A DNA stretch of 64,000 nucleotides from Promethearchaeia archaeon (GCA_029856145.1 JAHQWK010000008.1:96001-160000), one strand, 5' to 3'. Shown: positions 29,120-39,790, counted from the stretch's first letter. A program made the numbers and translations. The notes: generated by a model from the sequence alone, not told the origin.

Positions 29120-30235
29120 TTAAGATTTTAAAACCCTGGGAATGAATCCTTCAAGCAGTAAAATGTCAAGTAAAACATTCGCAATCATAGCCTCTATAAC
29201 TGGGATCACTCTAGGTACTATACATGGGTCGTGTCGTCCTGAAAATTCAATTTCTACATTTTTCTTCGTTTCAATATTAACAGTTTTCTGAAGAATACCT
29301 ATAGAAGCAGTTGGTTTAACTGCAACAGTAAATTCAATTGGCATGCCTGTTGAAATTCCCCCGATAATTCCGCCAGCATCATTCTTAGTGGTTTGGACTT
29401 TCCCGTCCTTTATAATCCACGGGTCATTATGTTCAGAACCTTTCATTTTAGCCGCTTTAAAGCCAGCACCAAACTCTATCGCTTTTATCGCAGGAATCGC
29501 AAAAATCGCCTTACTAATGTTTGACTCAATACTATTGAATATAGGACCTCCCTTCCCCACGGGAAAATTTATAACTATACATTTTATAGTTCCGCCGATA
29601 GAATCTCTTTGTTTTTTAACCGTTTCGATTAATAACTCCATTGATTTTGATTTTTCCTGGTCAATTGCTCCAATAAGAGATTTTTCTCTTAACTCAAATG
29701 ATTTTTTAATCTCTTTTAGAGAATATTCTCTTTTATCAATAATGTTTCCAATACTTTTAGTATAAGCAAAAATCATGATTTCATATTTTTTTAAAATTTG
29801 TTTAGCGATAGCCCCTGCCATTACAAACCCTGCTGTAATTCTCCCAGAAAAACGGCCTGATCCACGTGGATCAGAGAATCCACGATATTTTCTTAATGCA
29901 GTATAATCAATATGTGATGGACGTAAAAAATTTCGATATTTTTCATATACTGATGAATCGATGTCTTTATTTTCAATTATTAAACAGAGAGGGGCTCCTG
30001 TTGTTTTATTTTCGAAAACACCTGACAACACTTTAACTTGTTCTTCTTCAAGACGAGGAGTTGTTAAATGTGATTGGCCTGGTTTTCTTCTATCAATTTC
30101 CCTTTGGATAAATTTTAAATCAAACTCTAATCCAGCGGGTACTCCATCTATTATAATTCCTACTAATTCTCCATGACTTTCTCCAAATGAAGTTATTCTA
30201 AAGATAGAACCAAATGAATTATCCAAATTTTTCAC
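29120..30235 (-). CDS. aroC: Chorismate synthase
   Basis: FGESHG, RPSHID, GRFSGR, GGISTG, KPTASI, GRHDPC. Confidence 0.97.
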   Translation of the reverse strand: MKNLDNSFGSIFRITSFGESHGELVGIIIDGVPAGLEFDLKFIQREIDRRKPGQSHLTTPRLEEEQVKVLSGVFENKTTGAPLCLIIENKDIDSSVYEKYRNFLRPSHIDYTALRKYRGFSDPRGSGRFSGRITAGFVMAGAIAKQILKKYEIMIFAYTKSIGNIIDKREYSLKEIKKSFELREKSLIGAIDQEKSKSMELLIETVKKQRDSIGGTIKCIVINFPVGKGGPIFNSIESNISKAIFAIPAIKAIEFGAGFKAAKMKGSEHNDPWIIKDGKVQTTKNDAGGIIGGISTGMPIEFTVAVKPTASIGILQKTVNIETKKNVEIEFSGRHDPCIVPRVIPVIEAMIANVLLDILLLEGFIPRVLKS

Positions 30236-30316
30236 GTCTATTGTGGATTAATAATACAATAGTCTTTCTTGATTATTTAATTAATATTATATCTATTACT
30301 TTCTATTTATTACTTA

Positions 30317-31633
30317 ATGAATTTTAAAATTAATCCAATAACTAACAGTTTAAATGGTGAGATCACAGCACCCGGATCTAAAAGCTATTCACATAGAGCC
30401 TTTATTGCCGCTAGTCTAGCTGAGGGTATTTCAATAATTAAAAAGCCCTTAACGAGTGGAGATGTCGCGTTTACCGTAAATATCTTAAAATCATTAGGAG
30501 TAAGAATTCTAAGAAGAAGCGATAATACATATATTATCAAGCGTGATAAAGATGCGTACAAACCCCTCAAAAAACCTTTTGATTGTGGAAATTCAGGTAC
30601 AACTCTAAGGATCTTCAGTGCTTTAAGTTTAATAATCGAAGGAGGACTTACACTGAAAGGAGATTTTTTAAGTCTTCAAAGACCAATAATACCTCTACTA
30701 AATTCATTACAACAATTAGGTGCGGATTTCAATTTATCAAAAAAGAAACTTAAAATTAAACGAATTAGTGAAGGATGTAATAAAGTTAAGATTCAAGGAG
30801 ATTTGAGTTCCCAGTTTTTAACTGCATTGCTCATATTATGTCCTCAATTAAAATGCAAAAAGCAAGATTATATCGAAATCGAACTTACATCTCCATTAGT
30901 CTCTAAACCTTTTGTAGAAATCACATTAGACGTATTAGATGTGTTCGGAATAAATATTCAAGCTAATTTCGAAACTAGAAAATTTTACATCACGAATGAA
31001 CAAAATTATCGTTCCCAGTCTTACGATATACCCGGAGATTTCTCTTCTGCAGCAAATATTATTGCTGCAGCAGTCTTGTCCAAAAAGCCATCATCAGTGA
31101 TTATTAATAATCTTACTTTTAAAAATAAACAAGGAGACAAAAAAATAGTTGAGATTCTAGAAAAAATGGGAGCAAATATCAAAATTAATAAAGATAATCA
31201 TCAGGTTATCATAAATGGGGAATTAACAGACAATCAATTAAAAGGAATTGAACTTGATTGCACTGACGTTCCAGATTTGTTTCCAATATTATCTGTTATT
31301 GGTGCTTTTGCCAAGGGAAAAACCATTCTTCATAATGCATCTAATCTACGATTAAAAGAAACTGATAGAATAACTACCATGGCTAGAGAATTAAAGAAGA
31401 TGGGAGTTAAAGTTATTGAAGAAGATGATAAATTGACAATATTTCATTGTGATAAACTTAACGGAACTACAATAAATCATAATAATGATCACAGAATTGC
31501 AATGGCATGCACTATAGCAGCTTTATATGCAGATTCTAGTTCATATATACAAAGTAGCGAAATTGTAAAAGATTCATATCCTTCTTTTTTTGAAGATTTG
31601 AAAGAATTAGGCGTCCAATTAGAAGCAGTTTGA
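30317..31633 (+). CDS. aroA: EPSP synthase
   Basis: PGSKSYSHR, CGNSGTTLR, SSQF, PGDFSSA, RLKETDR, DHRIAM. Confidence 0.97.
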   Translation: MNFKINPITNSLNGEITAPGSKSYSHRAFIAASLAEGISIIKKPLTSGDVAFTVNILKSLGVRILRRSDNTYIIKRDKDAYKPLKKPFDCGNSGTTLRIFSALSLIIEGGLTLKGDFLSLQRPIIPLLNSLQQLGADFNLSKKKLKIKRISEGCNKVKIQGDLSSQFLTALLILCPQLKCKKQDYIEIELTSPLVSKPFVEITLDVLDVFGINIQANFETRKFYITNEQNYRSQSYDIPGDFSSAANIIAAAVLSKKPSSVIINNLTFKNKQGDKKIVEILEKMGANIKINKDNHQVIINGELTDNQLKGIELDCTDVPDLFPILSVIGAFAKGKTILHNASNLRLKETDRITTMARELKKMGVKVIEEDDKLTIFHCDKLNGTTINHNNDHRIAMACTIAALYADSSSYIQSSEIVKDSYPSFFEDLKELGVQLEAV

Positions 31634-31644
31634 GCGTTTATAAC

Positions 31645-32055
31645 TTATCTAAACGACTTTTGACGTCGAGCCCTAGCTTTTTTGCCTCCAAATTTTTTTG
31701 GCTCTGTCCTTCTAGAATCACCAGATAATAGAGAATCATCATATTCTCTAAGGGTTTTCTCAATTGTTTTTGTACCAATAAACTTATTAATAGATTTAGC
31801 TATTGCTATCCGAACTGCATCTGTTTGACCCATGATCCCACCACCCTTAACCTTGACATTGATATCACATTTTTCAAGCTTAGGATGATTAATAATTTCT
31901 AGGACTTCTTGAATTCTCAATCTTGCAATTTCAGGTTCATATAATTGTAAAAGAACATTATTTATCTTTACTTGGCCTTTTGCGGGATGTTTTAAAATAG
32001 CCCTTGCTATAGCAGATTTCCTTTTTCCTGATGCTTGAATCATTTTCATTGACAT
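31645..32055 (-). CDS. rps9: 30S ribosomal protein uS9
   Basis: GKRKSAIARA, GGGIMGQ, DSRRTEPKKFGG, QKSFR. Confidence 0.97.
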   Translation of the reverse strand: MSMKMIQASGKRKSAIARAILKHPAKGQVKINNVLLQLYEPEIARLRIQEVLEIINHPKLEKCDINVKVKGGGIMGQTDAVRIAIAKSINKFIGTKTIEKTLREYDDSLLSGDSRRTEPKKFGGKKARARRQKSFR

Positions 32056-32058
32056 TTC

Positions 32059-32532
32059 TTACACCTCAATTTCATTTTTCTTCCAACCTATTCGTTGACA
32101 TAGATCTTCTAAGGTAATATACCTGTTATAATAAGAAAGCCGAGTTTTATCTACGTTATTAACTTCATTAGGGACTAATGTTTGATACTTTTTTTTAAAC
32201 CGTTCTGGGATATCTGAAATATAAAGATGAACTCTCTTAATAGCTTCTTTTCCTCTAAGCTTCTTTCTTGGTAACATTTGTTTTATTACTCTTCTCATAA
32301 AAGTATCTGGTCTCCTTTCATGAAATGGTCCTCTACGTGGATTAGTAGCAGTAGATATTTTCAATTTTGCTAAATATTTTTCATGAATATCTTCTTTTCT
32401 TCCACTAATGATCGCATCCTTCGTATTAATAATTACTATATACTCTCCTAAAAGAGCTTTTTTAGCAATTATTGAACAGAATCTACCTAATATTTTGTTT
32501 GTTGCATCATATAGTTGATATTCGATTGACAT
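32059..32532 (-). CDS. rpl13: 50S ribosomal protein uL13
   Basis: DA...LGR, NPRRGPFH..RP, MLP; position between L18e and S9. Confidence 0.96.
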   Translation of the reverse strand: MSIEYQLYDATNKILGRFCSIIAKKALLGEYIVIINTKDAIISGRKEDIHEKYLAKLKISTATNPRRGPFHERRPDTFMRRVIKQMLPRKKLRGKEAIKRVHLYISDIPERFKKKYQTLVPNEVNNVDKTRLSYYNRYITLEDLCQRIGWKKNEIEV

Positions 32533-32565
32533 ATACGTTTCACGTTTAAATTATTATTTGATATT

Positions 32566-32922
32566 TTAATGTAGGATTTTTACTCCACTTCCTTTAGGAT
32601 TTTGCTCTACTAATTCTTCAATTGAAATTAATTTACTTCCTGATGATTCAATTTTTTTTTTAGCTGTTTTTGAATATTCTAAGCATGCGATTGTGAGAGT
32701 GTGATCCAATTCTCCCATCCCTAATATTTTTCCAGGAACAACAATTTTATCGCTTTTTTTCGTATTCTTATTTATATGATATAAATTTGCTTTAACTCTA
32801 TTCCTTCTGGGACCACTTAAGCTTTTTGAGACAGTTTTCCATATTTTTATCTGTGTTTTCCATAAATCTCTAATTAATTTTCTTACGTAATAATTCGACG
32901 GTCCGGTTATTTTATGAGACAT
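32566..32922 (-). CDS. rpl18e: 50S ribosomal protein eL18
   Basis: IW..V...L..PRR, VVPGKILG, NPKGSGV. Confidence 0.96.
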   Translation of the reverse strand: MSHKITGPSNYYVRKLIRDLWKTQIKIWKTVSKSLSGPRRNRVKANLYHINKNTKKSDKIVVPGKILGMGELDHTLTIACLEYSKTAKKKIESSGSKLISIEELVEQNPKGSGVKILH

Positions 32923-32992
32923 GTAAAAAAACGCTCTAATTCATTAATTCTGATATCTTAAATTTTTAATATTTTAATAATTTTTTGATAAT

Positions 32993-33826
32993 TCACGATT
33001 CTATCTCTACTTCTCCAAGTTTTTCAACAAATTCATCGATTTTTTCTAAGAAAATCTCAAAGGTTTTCTTCAAAATAACATCAAACGCAAGAACTCCATC
33101 ACTCTCGATTAAAAAAATATAACTTTTTTCTTTCCACGATACTTTTATCGCTTCCTCTGGACAATCATTCTGACAAGAGTTACAAAGTGTGCAAGTTTTC
33201 CAATAGTCTTCTAATAATATTGGTGTTTTTTTATTGGAAAAGTCATATAATCCTTCTGGACACATTCTTGAAACAATACACTTATCTGGGCATTTTGCAC
33301 ATTTAGAATCATCAAAATCTATTTGAGGATAAAACCTATAGAAAATATTTGAGACTGTTTGAAATTTGACATGTTCTTTTCCTATTCCTAATACAGCATA
33401 AGCTTCAATTATCACTTTATCATTTTTATCAATTTTTACTAATGGAATATTTGGTTCTACGGGTACTATTTTAGGGTCATTTGAATTTAAATCCCTAGAA
33501 TAAATTTCCATAGGTGTATTTGTTGTATTAGTAACCTCACATGTTAAAGATACCTGGCAAAGAGGGCATCCAAATCCTCCGCACTCACACTCTCTTGGTA
33601 GTTTATACGTTTCTAGGTCAGTAGTTAAAGGAATTAAGCCTAAACGATGACTGATTATCTCATCATAGAGAGGCGAATCATTCTTCAGTATGATAACCTC
33701 ATCTACTGCCATTACAGGTATTTCAGAAATTATAATTCTTCGAATAGCGTTTGCCATCTCAATAGATATATTCTCAACAACAAACTTTAAATTACGCTTT
33801 GTTCTTTCAAGAATTTCGAGGCTCAT
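32993..33826 (-). CDS. rpoD: RNA polymerase subunit D (Rpo3) with ferredoxin-like Fe-S domain
   Basis: ANAIRR, NDSPLYDEIISHRLGLIPL, GKEHVKF, CTLCNSCQNDCP, IESDG. Confidence 0.97.
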   Translation of the reverse strand: MSLEILERTKRNLKFVVENISIEMANAIRRIIISEIPVMAVDEVIILKNDSPLYDEIISHRLGLIPLTTDLETYKLPRECECGGFGCPLCQVSLTCEVTNTTNTPMEIYSRDLNSNDPKIVPVEPNIPLVKIDKNDKVIIEAYAVLGIGKEHVKFQTVSNIFYRFYPQIDFDDSKCAKCPDKCIVSRMCPEGLYDFSNKKTPILLEDYWKTCTLCNSCQNDCPEEAIKVSWKEKSYIFLIESDGVLAFDVILKKTFEIFLEKIDEFVEKLGEVEIES

Positions 33827-33931
33827 AATGATACAAAATATTAATCTTCTATATAAAATTCGAATAAATTAAAAAATCTATCATTTTAGATAAATTTTAT
33901 TATTCTAAAGAAAAAATAAGAATATTGATAA

Positions 33932-35260
33932 TTAGTAAAACTTCAAATATTCATATGCTTTATTTTTAGGCTGAAAACAATATTTTATTTCTTGGAAATC
34001 TTTTCGAAATTCTGCTACTTCATTTTTTACTTTTTTAGGGTCTTTCTTCTCAATAATCAATTTCTTAAAAAAATCTGCAATATCAACCATTTCACTTTTA
34101 CCCATTCCTAGCCTTGTAACTTCAGAAGTTCCCATTCTCAAACCACCTGGATTTTGATAATGTCTACCATGAGTAAGATCATATGGTAAAAGATTACGAT
34201 TAAGTATTATATTAGCCTCTTCTAATAATTTCTCAATGTCTCCACCTAAACCAATAGTTTTCTCAAATTCAGTTATATCAACCACAATCTGATGAGATTC
34301 AGTAAACCCTTTATGTTCCATCAATACTTTTAAACCTTGGTCAGATAAAGCTTGACCAAGAGCTTTTGCATTTTCAATAACATTTTTATGATAATTTTTC
34401 CCAAATTCTAGCATTTCTGCTAAAGCAACAGCCAAACCGGCAACATGATGAAGATGATGATTAGATAGTAAGGCTGGAAAAGCGCAAGCTCTCAGTTTAT
34501 CAATTAAGTCTTCTCTATTTGATACTAATGTGCCATGTTGAGGTCCGGGAAGTGTCTTATGTGTACTCATTGTCATGGCATCTGCTCCTTCTCTTAGTGG
34601 GTCTTGAAAATATCCTGAACCAATCAAACCAGCAACGTGTGCTGCGTCATAACCAACATATGCTCCAACTTCTTTCGCAACATCACCAAGCTCTTTAACA
34701 GGATGAGGGAATAAAAATACAGAACCACCAAATAAGACCAGTTCAGGTTCAAATTCTCTGATAATTTTTGCTGAAGCATCAATATCAAGATTCATTTCAT
34801 CATTATCAAATGCTAAATATTCAACATTTATTCCTCTTGTCGTTCCAGCAGTACCAAAAATCTCTCTCCCGCTTTTTGCAAATCTTGGACCATGGGAAAT
34901 GTGACCTCCCCGAACAATAGACATACAACACATTTTACCATTATTATCTGAAGTAAATGCATTATACATAACTAAATTCGCTACAACTCCAGATACAGGT
35001 CTCACGTCGGCATGAATACAATCATAATATTGCTTAGTAAGTTCCATACAAATATCTTCAATTTGGTCAATGTAAGTGCATCCAGCATAAACCCTCTGGC
35101 CACTCCATCCTTCTGCATAGCGATGTGAGAAATCAGAAGCACATGCCTCATCAACAGCGGGACTAGTGATATTTTCAGAAGCAATTAGAGGAATGGATTT
35201 TTGGAACCATTCATGATGTGCTAATAAAAGATTTCGGATTTCACTTAGTTTTTTTTTCAC
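33932..35260 (-). CDS. glyA: Serine hydroxymethyltransferase, archaeal type
   Basis: LIASEN, RYAEG, GGHISH, YDAAHVAGL, STHKTLPGP, GLRMGT. Confidence 0.97.
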   Translation of the reverse strand: MKKKLSEIRNLLLAHHEWFQKSIPLIASENITSPAVDEACASDFSHRYAEGWSGQRVYAGCTYIDQIEDICMELTKQYYDCIHADVRPVSGVVANLVMYNAFTSDNNGKMCCMSIVRGGHISHGPRFAKSGREIFGTAGTTRGINVEYLAFDNDEMNLDIDASAKIIREFEPELVLFGGSVFLFPHPVKELGDVAKEVGAYVGYDAAHVAGLIGSGYFQDPLREGADAMTMSTHKTLPGPQHGTLVSNREDLIDKLRACAFPALLSNHHLHHVAGLAVALAEMLEFGKNYHKNVIENAKALGQALSDQGLKVLMEHKGFTESHQIVVDITEFEKTIGLGGDIEKLLEEANIILNRNLLPYDLTHGRHYQNPGGLRMGTSEVTRLGMGKSEMVDIADFFKKLIIEKKDPKKVKNEVAEFRKDFQEIKYCFQPKNKAYEYLKFY

Positions 35261-35436
35261 CTTTAATCAATCCTTTCCATTAATTTTAAATGTTATTTAA
35301 ATAATAACTTTACAATTTTTTTAAACCTTTTTCAGATCTCTCAATAATTAGTTAAAATTTACTAAAAAAACAAGAAATATGAAAGAAATTTACTTAAAGG
35401 AGTTAAATGTGAAAATTATATAAAATCTATTAGTAT

Positions 35437-36354
35437 TTAATCTTTAGATCTTTCAAGAATTAATCTGGCTTCAAATAAATTTAATTTTTTACCAGCTTTT
35501 TGCTTTTCTAAAGCTGTTTCTAGTTGCTGTTTTTTCATTTTTTCAATCATTTCATTCTTTTTTCTTCTTTCATTAAATTTTGCTGTTGGCTTTTTTCCTG
35601 GAATGTAAGGTTTTTTACCTTTGTACATCTTTTTACTTTGATTCATTGATTTCAAATATTGCTCATGAAAACGATCAGCTGTCTTTTTATTCTCAATTAA
35701 ATCCTCTTCGAGTTTTCTTTTATCTTCTTTTAGTTTGTCTACATTCTGGAACTTCTGTAGCATTTTAGAATGATTTTCTTGGGATTTATCTGACCATTTG
35801 CTTAATTGTTCATAGATTTTATTAAGATTGATCTTTACTATTTCAATTTTTCTCTCGATTTTGAAAAGGTCGTTATTTTTCTGCTCTGATAAATACTCTT
35901 GTTTCATAGCTGCTAATTCTCTTATTTTATCAACTATAGTATTTTCTTCATTTATATCGAGTTTTTCGGTTTCAATTATTCTCTCTAAATTTTCTATTTT
36001 ACGTTCTATTTGTTTCATCGAGAGAGGTTGTTTGTTATCCTTTGTATCTTTTCCTAATTTTTGTATATTTCTCTTTTCTTCAAATAAATTATCTAATAAA
36101 GTTTTATATTCAATTTTTTTTTCTTTTAATTGTTTAACTTTATTATTCCAGTAATCTCTTTTCTTTTTGTATTTCTCCTTAGCAATTTTTAACGAATTAG
36201 CAATTTCTATTTCAATTTCTTGGAGATCATTGATAAACTTTTTTGTCTTTTGATTTAAACCGTCTCTTTTTTGCCGTGAATCTTCAATCTGGAACTGAAG
36301 ATCTCTAAAAGATGTTCGGGACGTTTGGGTGTTCCGGTTTCTTTCTTTACTCAT
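35437..36354 (-). CDS. Archaeal coiled-coil protein (COG1340-like)
   Basis: Continuous K/E/Q heptad pattern, C-terminal GKKLNL. Confidence 0.75.
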   Translation of the reverse strand: MSKERNRNTQTSRTSFRDLQFQIEDSRQKRDGLNQKTKKFINDLQEIEIEIANSLKIAKEKYKKKRDYWNNKVKQLKEKKIEYKTLLDNLFEEKRNIQKLGKDTKDNKQPLSMKQIERKIENLERIIETEKLDINEENTIVDKIRELAAMKQEYLSEQKNNDLFKIERKIEIVKINLNKIYEQLSKWSDKSQENHSKMLQKFQNVDKLKEDKRKLEEDLIENKKTADRFHEQYLKSMNQSKKMYKGKKPYIPGKKPTAKFNERRKKNEMIEKMKKQQLETALEKQKAGKKLNLFEARLILERSKD

Positions 36355-36496
36355 AAATTAATTCATTAAAGAGTATTTATAAAAAGATTTTTATAAGTTT
36401 AATATTATTGAGAGTTGTATATTTTTTATATATTTTCGTAAATAAATTAATAATAAAAGAAAGCTTTCTTATCAAGAATTAAAGATTTAAATACTC

Positions 36497-37390
36497 TTGA
36501 AATGGAAAAAGATAGAACTTAATATGAGCTCTGAAGTAATTAAAGAAAATGATTTAATCTTTTTGATTCTTGATCAAAAAAGAAGATGGCTAGTTCAAGT
36601 GAGATCTGGGGGCACTTTTCATACGCATAGAGGAATAATTGAGTTTAACGAAATTATTGGTAAAAATTTTGGTTCTGTTGTATTTTCCAAACCGTTTGAA
36701 ACTCAAGGTTATAAGTTCTTTGTATTAAAACCATTACCATCTGATTATATTCTTCATATGTCTCGGAAAACTCAAATTATATATCCTGAAGATACTGGAT
36801 TAATTTTAGTATATTCCGGAATTGGTCCTGGGAGTGTGATTGTTGAAGCAGGATGTGGTTCTGGAGCTCTCACATGTATATTAGGTAATTTTGTCAGTCC
36901 AAATGGACATATTTACTCATATGATATTAATGAAAAATCAATTAAAAGAGCAAAATTAAATGTAAAAAAAGCGGAATTAGAGGATGTTGTCACAATTCAA
37001 TATGGAGATATTCTAAACGATGATCTTCAACATAAAAATGTAGATGTTGTTGTCTTAGATATGGCTACTCCCTGGAATGCTATTGAGAAAATTAAAAACT
37101 ACTTAAAATATAGTGGAACAGTTGTATCTTTTTCTCCAACAATAGAGCAGGTTAAAAAAACAGTCTCGGCGATGAAAAGTCAAAACTTTATTGAAGTAAA
37201 CACATATGAATTAATAAAAAGAAAAATCCAAGTAAAGGAAAATGCTACACGACCAGAAGTAAGAATGATTGGCCATACGGGATATTTAACATTTGGGCGA
37301 AAAATTGAAGATATAAAAAATCCATATAGAGAACAAAAACCAAAAGCAAAAGAAGTAATAAATATGAATGGAATGCCGTTAAGAGGATGA
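36497..37390 (+). CDS. trmI: tRNA (adenine-57/58-N1)-methyltransferase
   Basis: FHTHRG, RKTQIIYPED, EAGCGSGALT, LDMATPW, FSPTIEQV, HTGYL; likely start at the ATG at 36524. Confidence 0.95.
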   Translation: MKWKKIELNMSSEVIKENDLIFLILDQKRRWLVQVRSGGTFHTHRGIIEFNEIIGKNFGSVVFSKPFETQGYKFFVLKPLPSDYILHMSRKTQIIYPEDTGLILVYSGIGPGSVIVEAGCGSGALTCILGNFVSPNGHIYSYDINEKSIKRAKLNVKKAELEDVVTIQYGDILNDDLQHKNVDVVVLDMATPWNAIEKIKNYLKYSGTVVSFSPTIEQVKKTVSAMKSQNFIEVNTYELIKRKIQVKENATRPEVRMIGHTGYLTFGRKIEDIKNPYREQKPKAKEVINMNGMPLRG

Positions 37391-37397
37391 TTTTTTT

Positions 37398-37730
37398 ATG
37401 GAAATTGACTATAAAGATTTTTTAAAATTAGATATACGAGTTGGACTAGTTAAAAGTTGTGAAAAAATTCCAAAATCAAACAATCTCTATAAATTAATGG
37501 TGGATTGTGGAGAGAAAGACTTAAGACAAATTATTACTGGAATTGTTCATTATTATACCCCAGAAGAATTGATTAATGAGAAGATTGTTGTTTTAACAAA
37601 CCTAAAACCACGAAAAATTATGGGTATCGAAAGTCAGGGGATGTTACTTGCGGCTGATCTTAACAATGAACCATTCTTATTAAAAATAGACGAGAAAAAG
37701 CCGATTCCCCCGGGAGCCAAAATAAAATAG
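37398..37730 (+). CDS. Stand-alone tRNA-binding OB-fold protein (MetRS C-terminal/Trbp111/CsaA-like)
   Basis: DFLKLDIRVG, RQIITGI, NLKPRKIMGIESQGMLLAA. Confidence 0.92.
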   Translation: MEIDYKDFLKLDIRVGLVKSCEKIPKSNNLYKLMVDCGEKDLRQIITGIVHYYTPEELINEKIVVLTNLKPRKIMGIESQGMLLAADLNNEPFLLKIDEKKPIPPGAKIK

Positions 37731-38153
37731 TTAAAATCCTTTTAATTGAGACCCAGTTTTAAACTCTTTCTTTTTCTTAAATCGTTCTGTTTTAAAAAAA
37801 TGCTTCTTCTTTTCTGGTAATATTTCTATATATTTTCTTAATATATTTTCAACATAATCCTTTGTAGGCTTACTACTTGTAATTTTATTCGGTTGAGATA
37901 AATATTCTAATATTTCTTTATTTTTTGCATTGTAGGATAAGCCTAAATTCTTTAATGGAATATGTATAGAATGTAAAAACCATCCAGATGTTTTCTTATC
38001 ATGAGCCATTACTTTTAAGATATTAACATTTTCTTTTTTTATTTTAACATCAATTAACTTTTTACCAGGACGGATGATTATTGATACATATTCTGGAATC
38101 TGATTTCGCTGATTGTGTATCTTTTTATAAAAATTTTCAAGTCTTTTACTCAT
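37731..38153 (-). CDS. Hypothetical basic protein
   Basis: 140-aa Lys-rich ORF whose stop abuts the neighbouring stop codon. Confidence 0.6.
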   Translation of the reverse strand: MSKRLENFYKKIHNQRNQIPEYVSIIIRPGKKLIDVKIKKENVNILKVMAHDKKTSGWFLHSIHIPLKNLGLSYNAKNKEILEYLSQPNKITSSKPTKDYVENILRKYIEILPEKKKHFFKTERFKKKKEFKTGSQLKGF

Positions 38154-38284
38154 AATTAATTCAATAAGTTAACATTGCATTGTTGAAAACTATATCATAT
38201 TAAAAAGAATAAATTAAAATTCATAATTAAATTTATTATTTAAAAGATTTAGCCTATATTCTTTAATAATTAAAGGAAGGCAAA

Positions 38285-39328
38285 ATGAGCTCATTAGAAA
38301 CTCCCCTACAAGAAAAATTTGTATTAAAGAAAAAGCTCTGTATCTTAGGAGGAACTGAAAATTATAAGGATGAGTTTCAAAAAAAGTTGAGTTCTAATAG
38401 TCTACCAATCGAAAATAAACGAAATATTGGTGTAAACATAAGTAAGGTTGATTTTTTCTTTAAAAAAAATGAAAAATTTGAATTTCTTTTATGGAATATT
38501 GATTGTAGACAACCAAGGTCCTATTTACGAACAATTTTTTATAATGGGGCTGAAGCTATTATAATATTTATTTCAGAAACAAAAGTGGATCAAATTCTAC
38601 TCTACTTTAAAGAAATTCAAGCTCGGATTTCATCAATAACCATTGTATTTTGTATAATCCTTGAACAACACACTAGAGATGACATAATTAATAAATATTT
38701 TAAGAATGATGAATTTAATTCAATGATTAAATCAAATAACGTCCAGATTAATGAAATTTTTGAGGATTCAGAAATTCTAAATCAAATTTGTTTAATTTCA
38801 TTGAAGAGAACTAAATATAAAGAATTAGAAAATACTTATTTCATAGACTTTATTCCTTTACCTCTCCTTTTTGAGAATGATGAGATTACGGATGAATGTA
38901 GTGATTATTATGAACCTGAGACTCGTAATATAAATATCAACATAACCATAAATACAGAACAATTGATTAAGTATATTTTGAAATTAAAGCTGAATGTAAA
39001 TTTTGAATCTGAGAATTGGATTAAAGTTAAAAATAAAAAACTCGGTATATTTTCAATTTATCTTAAAAATGGTAATGTGTATTATTATCCTAAAGTTTGT
39101 GAGAGATGTAAGGATCATACATGCCTGAAACTCAAAAAATCTCCATTTTTTATTTGCATTGAATTAGGAGAATCAGAAGGGTGGACTAATATTAATGGAT
39201 TTGACCAACCTGAACTCCTTATCTTAACAAAAATTTTTGCCTTGATAGAAGGTAACGAAAATAATTTACCAAGATCAGTATTAAAGCAAATTAAAAGTAT
39301 TAACATATGTGAGAAAGGTAGAAAATAA
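38285..39328 (+). CDS. Degenerate Rab-like (pseudo-)GTPase domain with C-terminal Cys-rich domain
   Basis: KLCILG, NIGVNI, FLLWNID, FYNGAEAIIIF follow the Rab strand order but GKT, DxxG and NKxD are lost; CERC..C...C near the C-terminus. Confidence 0.65.
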   Translation: MSSLETPLQEKFVLKKKLCILGGTENYKDEFQKKLSSNSLPIENKRNIGVNISKVDFFFKKNEKFEFLLWNIDCRQPRSYLRTIFYNGAEAIIIFISETKVDQILLYFKEIQARISSITIVFCIILEQHTRDDIINKYFKNDEFNSMIKSNNVQINEIFEDSEILNQICLISLKRTKYKELENTYFIDFIPLPLLFENDEITDECSDYYEPETRNININITINTEQLIKYILKLKLNVNFESENWIKVKNKKLGIFSIYLKNGNVYYYPKVCERCKDHTCLKLKKSPFFICIELGESEGWTNINGFDQPELLILTKIFALIEGNENNLPRSVLKQIKSINICEKGRK

Positions 39329-39331
39329 AAA

Positions 39332-39754
39332 ATGACAGCAGTATTAAAAACTTTTGAGTTAAAAACAAAAGCTTATTGTGATATTATCAATATAACTGAA
39401 CAAGTTCAACAATGCATAAACAAAAGTGGTATAAACGATGGAATCATAAATGTCCATGTAGCTGGGTCCACAGGTGCAATTTCAACTGTAGAGTATGAAC
39501 CAGGACTTGTAAAGCATGACATCAAGCAGCTGCTAGAAAAATTAATACCGTATGACGAAGATTATGCTCATCATAAAACTTGGCATGATTATAATGGAGC
39601 TGGACATTTAAGGAGTTTTCTAATTAAAACCTCCCAAGTTTTTCCATTTAAAAATCAAAAATTGATTTTAGGAACTTGGCAGCAAATTATTTTTATTGAA
39701 TGTGATGAACGAGCCAGATCCAGAAAAATATACTGTACGATTGTTGGCGACTAA
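39332..39754 (+). CDS. yjbQ: YjbQ/UPF0047 family protein
   Basis: DIINIT, GSTGAI, EYEPGL, NGAGHLRS, LGTWQQI. Confidence 0.93.
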   Translation: MTAVLKTFELKTKAYCDIINITEQVQQCINKSGINDGIINVHVAGSTGAISTVEYEPGLVKHDIKQLLEKLIPYDEDYAHHKTWHDYNGAGHLRSFLIKTSQVFPFKNQKLILGTWQQIIFIECDERARSRKIYCTIVGD

Positions 39755-39790
39755 GAATTTCAGAGTATTTTAAAAAAAATAAAAAGTTTA

